A DNA stretch of 64,000 bases from positions 69,254,001 to 69,318,000 of the forward strand of contig OX597821.1 of the NCBI GenBank assembly GCA_951406725.2, written 5' to 3'. How positions within the stretch are numbered: the stretch's first letter is position 1; each line of letters opens with the position of its first letter. The translations under genes were made by a program, and so were the position numbers. Origin of the DNA: Octopus vulgaris (taxonomy: Eukaryota). This document shows, piece after piece, positions 63,947-64,000 of the stretch. A model generated the notes under the pieces. That model saw only the letters and a list, made by a program, of their open reading frames with translations. It was not told the DNA's origin and made no database searches.

Positions 63947-64000
63947 CGAGCAATTTTCATGTGTTTAACTATCCAGTGTGGACATTTTGGAAGGCTAGAT

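Overview
AT-rich, microsatellite-laden animal DNA. The repeat content looks like an Octopus-type cephalopod, but that is inference from family appearance, not a database result. There is one clear protein-coding exon: 6507-6805 (+), the SH3-end/SH2 exon of an ABL-family tyrosine kinase. Its boundaries match human ABL1 exon 3. I could not find the neighbouring exons, so the rest is probably intron (more than 57 kb downstream). That sequence is filled with tRNA-derived SINEs, RTE/CR1/Tx1/R4 LINE fragments, Tc1/mariner and TTAA MITEs, and Helitron fragments, often nested. The most striking structure is a ~510-bp palindromic element (9521-10029) with a 13-bp target duplication. It consists of two head-to-head units, each with a tRNA-like Pol III head, an (AAT)n tract and a Penelope-type minimal hammerhead ribozyme. 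Further hammerhead-like motifs lie at 7.7, 9.27 and 11.4 kb. Only the copy antisense to ABL keeps an intact catalytic core. Most ORF-track entries are microsatellite or repeat artefacts.
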